Shown here: positions 61,893 through 64,000 of the stretch, piece after piece
Numbering within the stretch: position 1 is the stretch's first letter
How the letters are laid out: the number at the start of each line of letters is the position of its first letter
Assembly (NCBI GenBank): GCA_965197745.1
Contig: CBDANS010000007.1
Coordinates: 224,001 to 288,000, forward strand
Direction: 5' to 3'
Origin: Opitutales bacterium
GTDB lineage: Bacteria; Verrucomicrobiota; Verrucomicrobiia; Opitutales; PNEW01
Length of the DNA: 64,000 nucleotides
Made by a program: the position numbers and the translations under genes
Notes under the pieces: model-generated
Databases searched by the model: none
What the model was told of the DNA's origin: nothing
Seen by the model: the letters and a program-made list of their open reading frames with translations, nothing else

Positions 61893-62222
61893 TCAGGAAT
61901 CTGATTTGTCCTTTTTCTCAAGTTTGCTCTGAACATAACTTTTGTTCAGTTCTATTTTCGTGTTATCGGACACTCTTACCACGAAACGATCACCTTTTAC
62001 ATTGGTGATGATGCCGTATATTCCTCCGTTTGTTACAATTTCATCTCCCGTCCCTAATGATCGAATCATCTTATCATGGTCTTTTTGTTTTTTGCGTTGA
62101 GGGGCAATAATAAGAAACCACATGCCCGCGAAAAGCAGACCAAATATCAGAATTTGAAAAGATGGGTTAGATCCTCCCTGTTGTGCCATTACGATCGGAT
62201 AATGTAAAAGAGAATCAATCAT
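61893..62222 (-). CDS. yajC: Preprotein translocase subunit YajC
   Basis: TM followed by PQRKKQK, GDEIVTNGGIYG; directly upstream of secDF; start uncertain. Confidence 0.92.
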   Translation of the reverse strand: MIDSLLHYPIVMAQQGGSNPSFQILIFGLLFAGMWFLIIAPQRKKQKDHDKMIRSLGTGDEIVTNGGIYGIITNVKGDRFVVRVSDNTKIELNKSYVQSKLEKKDKSDS

Positions 62223-62347
62223 GATAATATATATTGCGGGATTGGAATAATGGAAAGGGTCAATCAAATTTACTGATATTTAAAAGGCAAGTCATTTCAA
62301 ATTTGCTTTTTTAACAGTCAGACTTCACACAGCTGGAATTAAGAATT

Positions 62348-63598
62348 TTATTCGGGAGAAAACGCAGCGACTTTTATAAAGGCATCATCAGCCATACAAA
62401 TAGCCGCATCGATATCTGATTCCTGGTGAGCGGCGTTAACGAACCAATTGTGGTGGGGGTGAAAAAAAACACCGTTTTCCATACAATATCCACTAAATTT
62501 TTGCATGCGCATTAAATAGGATTCTCCATAAAAACGCATGTATGGTAAAGCGGGCGGTCCAGAACATTTTACTTCAATTCCATGTTTTGCCGCAGCATTC
62601 TCCAGACCCTGCGTGAGACGTCTGCCCATATTCTCGAGGTGTTCAACAACCTTATCTCGCTTGAGAATATGAAGGCAGGTTAGAGCAGCCGCCATGGGCA
62701 CTGCACTGAACCAATAGCTGCCTGTCATAAAAACCTTGCTTGCGGCCTGTTTAATATCTTCACGTCCGAGCGCGGCAGAAAGGGGGTAGCCGTTGGCAAT
62801 CGCCTTACAGTAACAGGCAATGTCAGGAGTAAAATCAAATACCCGGTGTGAACCCCCGTGATGGAGGCGAAATCCAGCCCTTATGTCGTCGAGAATTAAT
62901 ACGATGCTTTCACTTCTACAGGTATTCTCGATCTCCTTTAAATACCCCTCCGCCGGCAATAGGGAATCAGCAGCGCCAGGGTGATGGTATGGAGTCGTAA
63001 ATACAGCCGCAATTTGATCTTTGTGTTGTGTAATCAAATCGTGGAAGCTTTTTAAATCATTCCATTTATAGGTGTGGGTGTGAACATGATCTTCCTCAAT
63101 GGAACCGCTCGTTACCCGCTGGGAACACCAGGAGGCGGTGCCATGGTAAGCGCCCTCGACGGTCAGGACTTTTTTACGACCAGTATATTCACGTGCGATT
63201 TTAGTAGCCCAGTGTATCATGTCAGATCCGTTTTTCCCAAAGACAGCCCAATCGGCAAAATCTATCGTATCTACAAGATATTCAGCTAATTCAACGAACC
63301 GTTCGCTGGGATGATTGAAACAATCCCCAGCTTTACTTTGTTCATCGGCTGCAGCGCATACTTCAGCGTTATTATGACCTAAAATGATGGGGCCATAACT
63401 GCAGAGGAAATCAATGTATTCGCGTCCATCGATGTCCCAGTAACGACAGCCGTCAGCGCGAGCCGCAAAATAGGGCGCAATTCCTGGTACGGTGTTTGCG
63501 GGACTGTTATGACCGTAGATCCCGCCGGGAATGACTTGAACCGCGCGTTCAAATAGTTTTTGAGTGTTTTTTGCAAGCTTCGGCGCTTTAGTTTCCAT
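62348..63598 (-). CDS. Class III PLP aminotransferase (glutamate-1-semialdehyde aminomutase-like)
   Basis: IPGG, DIDGREYID, YGPIILGH, YHG, DDIRAGFR, PLP lysine in CKAIANGYP. Confidence 0.88.
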   Translation of the reverse strand: METKAPKLAKNTQKLFERAVQVIPGGIYGHNSPANTVPGIAPYFAARADGCRYWDIDGREYIDFLCSYGPIILGHNNAEVCAAADEQSKAGDCFNHPSERFVELAEYLVDTIDFADWAVFGKNGSDMIHWATKIAREYTGRKKVLTVEGAYHGTASWCSQRVTSGSIEEDHVHTHTYKWNDLKSFHDLITQHKDQIAAVFTTPYHHPGAADSLLPAEGYLKEIENTCRSESIVLILDDIRAGFRLHHGGSHRVFDFTPDIACYCKAIANGYPLSAALGREDIKQAASKVFMTGSYWFSAVPMAAALTCLHILKRDKVVEHLENMGRRLTQGLENAAAKHGIEVKCSGPPALPYMRFYGESYLMRMQKFSGYCMENGVFFHPHHNWFVNAAHQESDIDAAICMADDAFIKVAAFSPE

Positions 63599-63998
63599 GA
63601 TTGAGATATAATGAAATACGATCGCTGATCAGCCCCAGGCGTTCGGCTAAGGTGATATCTCCTTCAATGCGTAAAGATCCCAATCCAATTTCCGCCATGT
63701 TGATTATTTTGTTACGAAATGCCGCTAATGCAATATTGGAATCTTCAAATATAATTTTTACGTCCGGGGAGTGGGGAGGTGCGCCCTTACCGTGATTGAT
63801 TTTACCTCCCTTCCATTGAATCCAACCGGTAATATCACAGTCATTGATTGTTAAATATGCCAGTCCCTCCGGTGTCGCTTTTATGAGTTGACGGGATGTC
63901 TCTTCGTTTTCACCTAACTCTTTTGTCGCCGCTAAAATGATCCCGAAGAGGATTTTTAAATGCTTAGCACGAAATGCCGAATCCTCCAGAGTGTTGGC
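63588..63998 (-). CDS. Partial protein (5' end outside the window) with an SCP2 lipid-binding-like C-terminus
   Basis: Frame is open from the window edge: ...PDVKIIFED...ALAAF...GLGSLRIEGDITLAERL...LNHGN*. Overlaps the aminotransferase start by 11 nt. Absent from the ORF track. Confidence 0.6.
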   Translation of the reverse strand, partial: ANTLEDSAFRAKHLKILFGIILAATKELGENEETSRQLIKATPEGLAYLTINDCDITGWIQWKGGKINHGKGAPPHSPDVKIIFEDSNIALAAFRNKIINMAEIGLGSLRIEGDITLAERLGLISDRISLYLNHGN

Positions 63999-64000
63999 GT

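Noticed and set aside
63601..63795. 64-aa plus-strand ORF
   Set aside because: Antisense to the longer minus-strand SCP2-like frame that is coupled to the aminotransferase
1..64000. CRISPR arrays, tRNA/rRNA genes, transposases, integrases
   Set aside because: No regularly spaced repeats, RNA gene signatures or mobile-element ORFs seen by eye; small ncRNAs cannot be excluded without a covariance-model search

Overview
Bacterial chromosomal window of moderate GC content. It is most likely from the PVC group (Verrucomicrobiota/Opitutia), inferred from a Planctomycetes/Verrucomicrobia-type conserved small protein and a homodimeric-type glyQS. Most of it is housekeeping: dnaX, acs, a DnaJ/CbpA-class chaperone, trpS, hisG, rpsA, a sigma-70 factor, trpE, amtB, glgC, dinB, glyQS, recJ, secDF and yajC. 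Two accessory systems stand out. (1) A 12-kb single-gene hybrid PKS-NRPS reads KS-AT-DH-cMT-ER-KR-ACP-C-A(Gly)-PCP and ends in an acyl-ACP-reductase-like domain instead of a TE or SDR-type R domain. A sulfotransferase follows it and an RND exporter lies divergently upstream. (2) A four-gene operon encodes a MotA/ExbB-like protein, a degenerate Hsp70-NBD/FHA fusion, and two paralogous proteins with an Asp-bearing TM helix, a coiled coil and a vWA domain. It looks like an ion-driven motor with unusual partners. Smaller signals are an A10 slippage site at the gamma/tau boundary of dnaX, a one-base frameshift in an OmpR-family regulator, a cupin-dehydrogenase fusion operon and a structured rpsA leader. 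No rRNA, tRNA, CRISPR array or mobile element was recognised. All family calls come from motif recognition by eye; no database searches were run.
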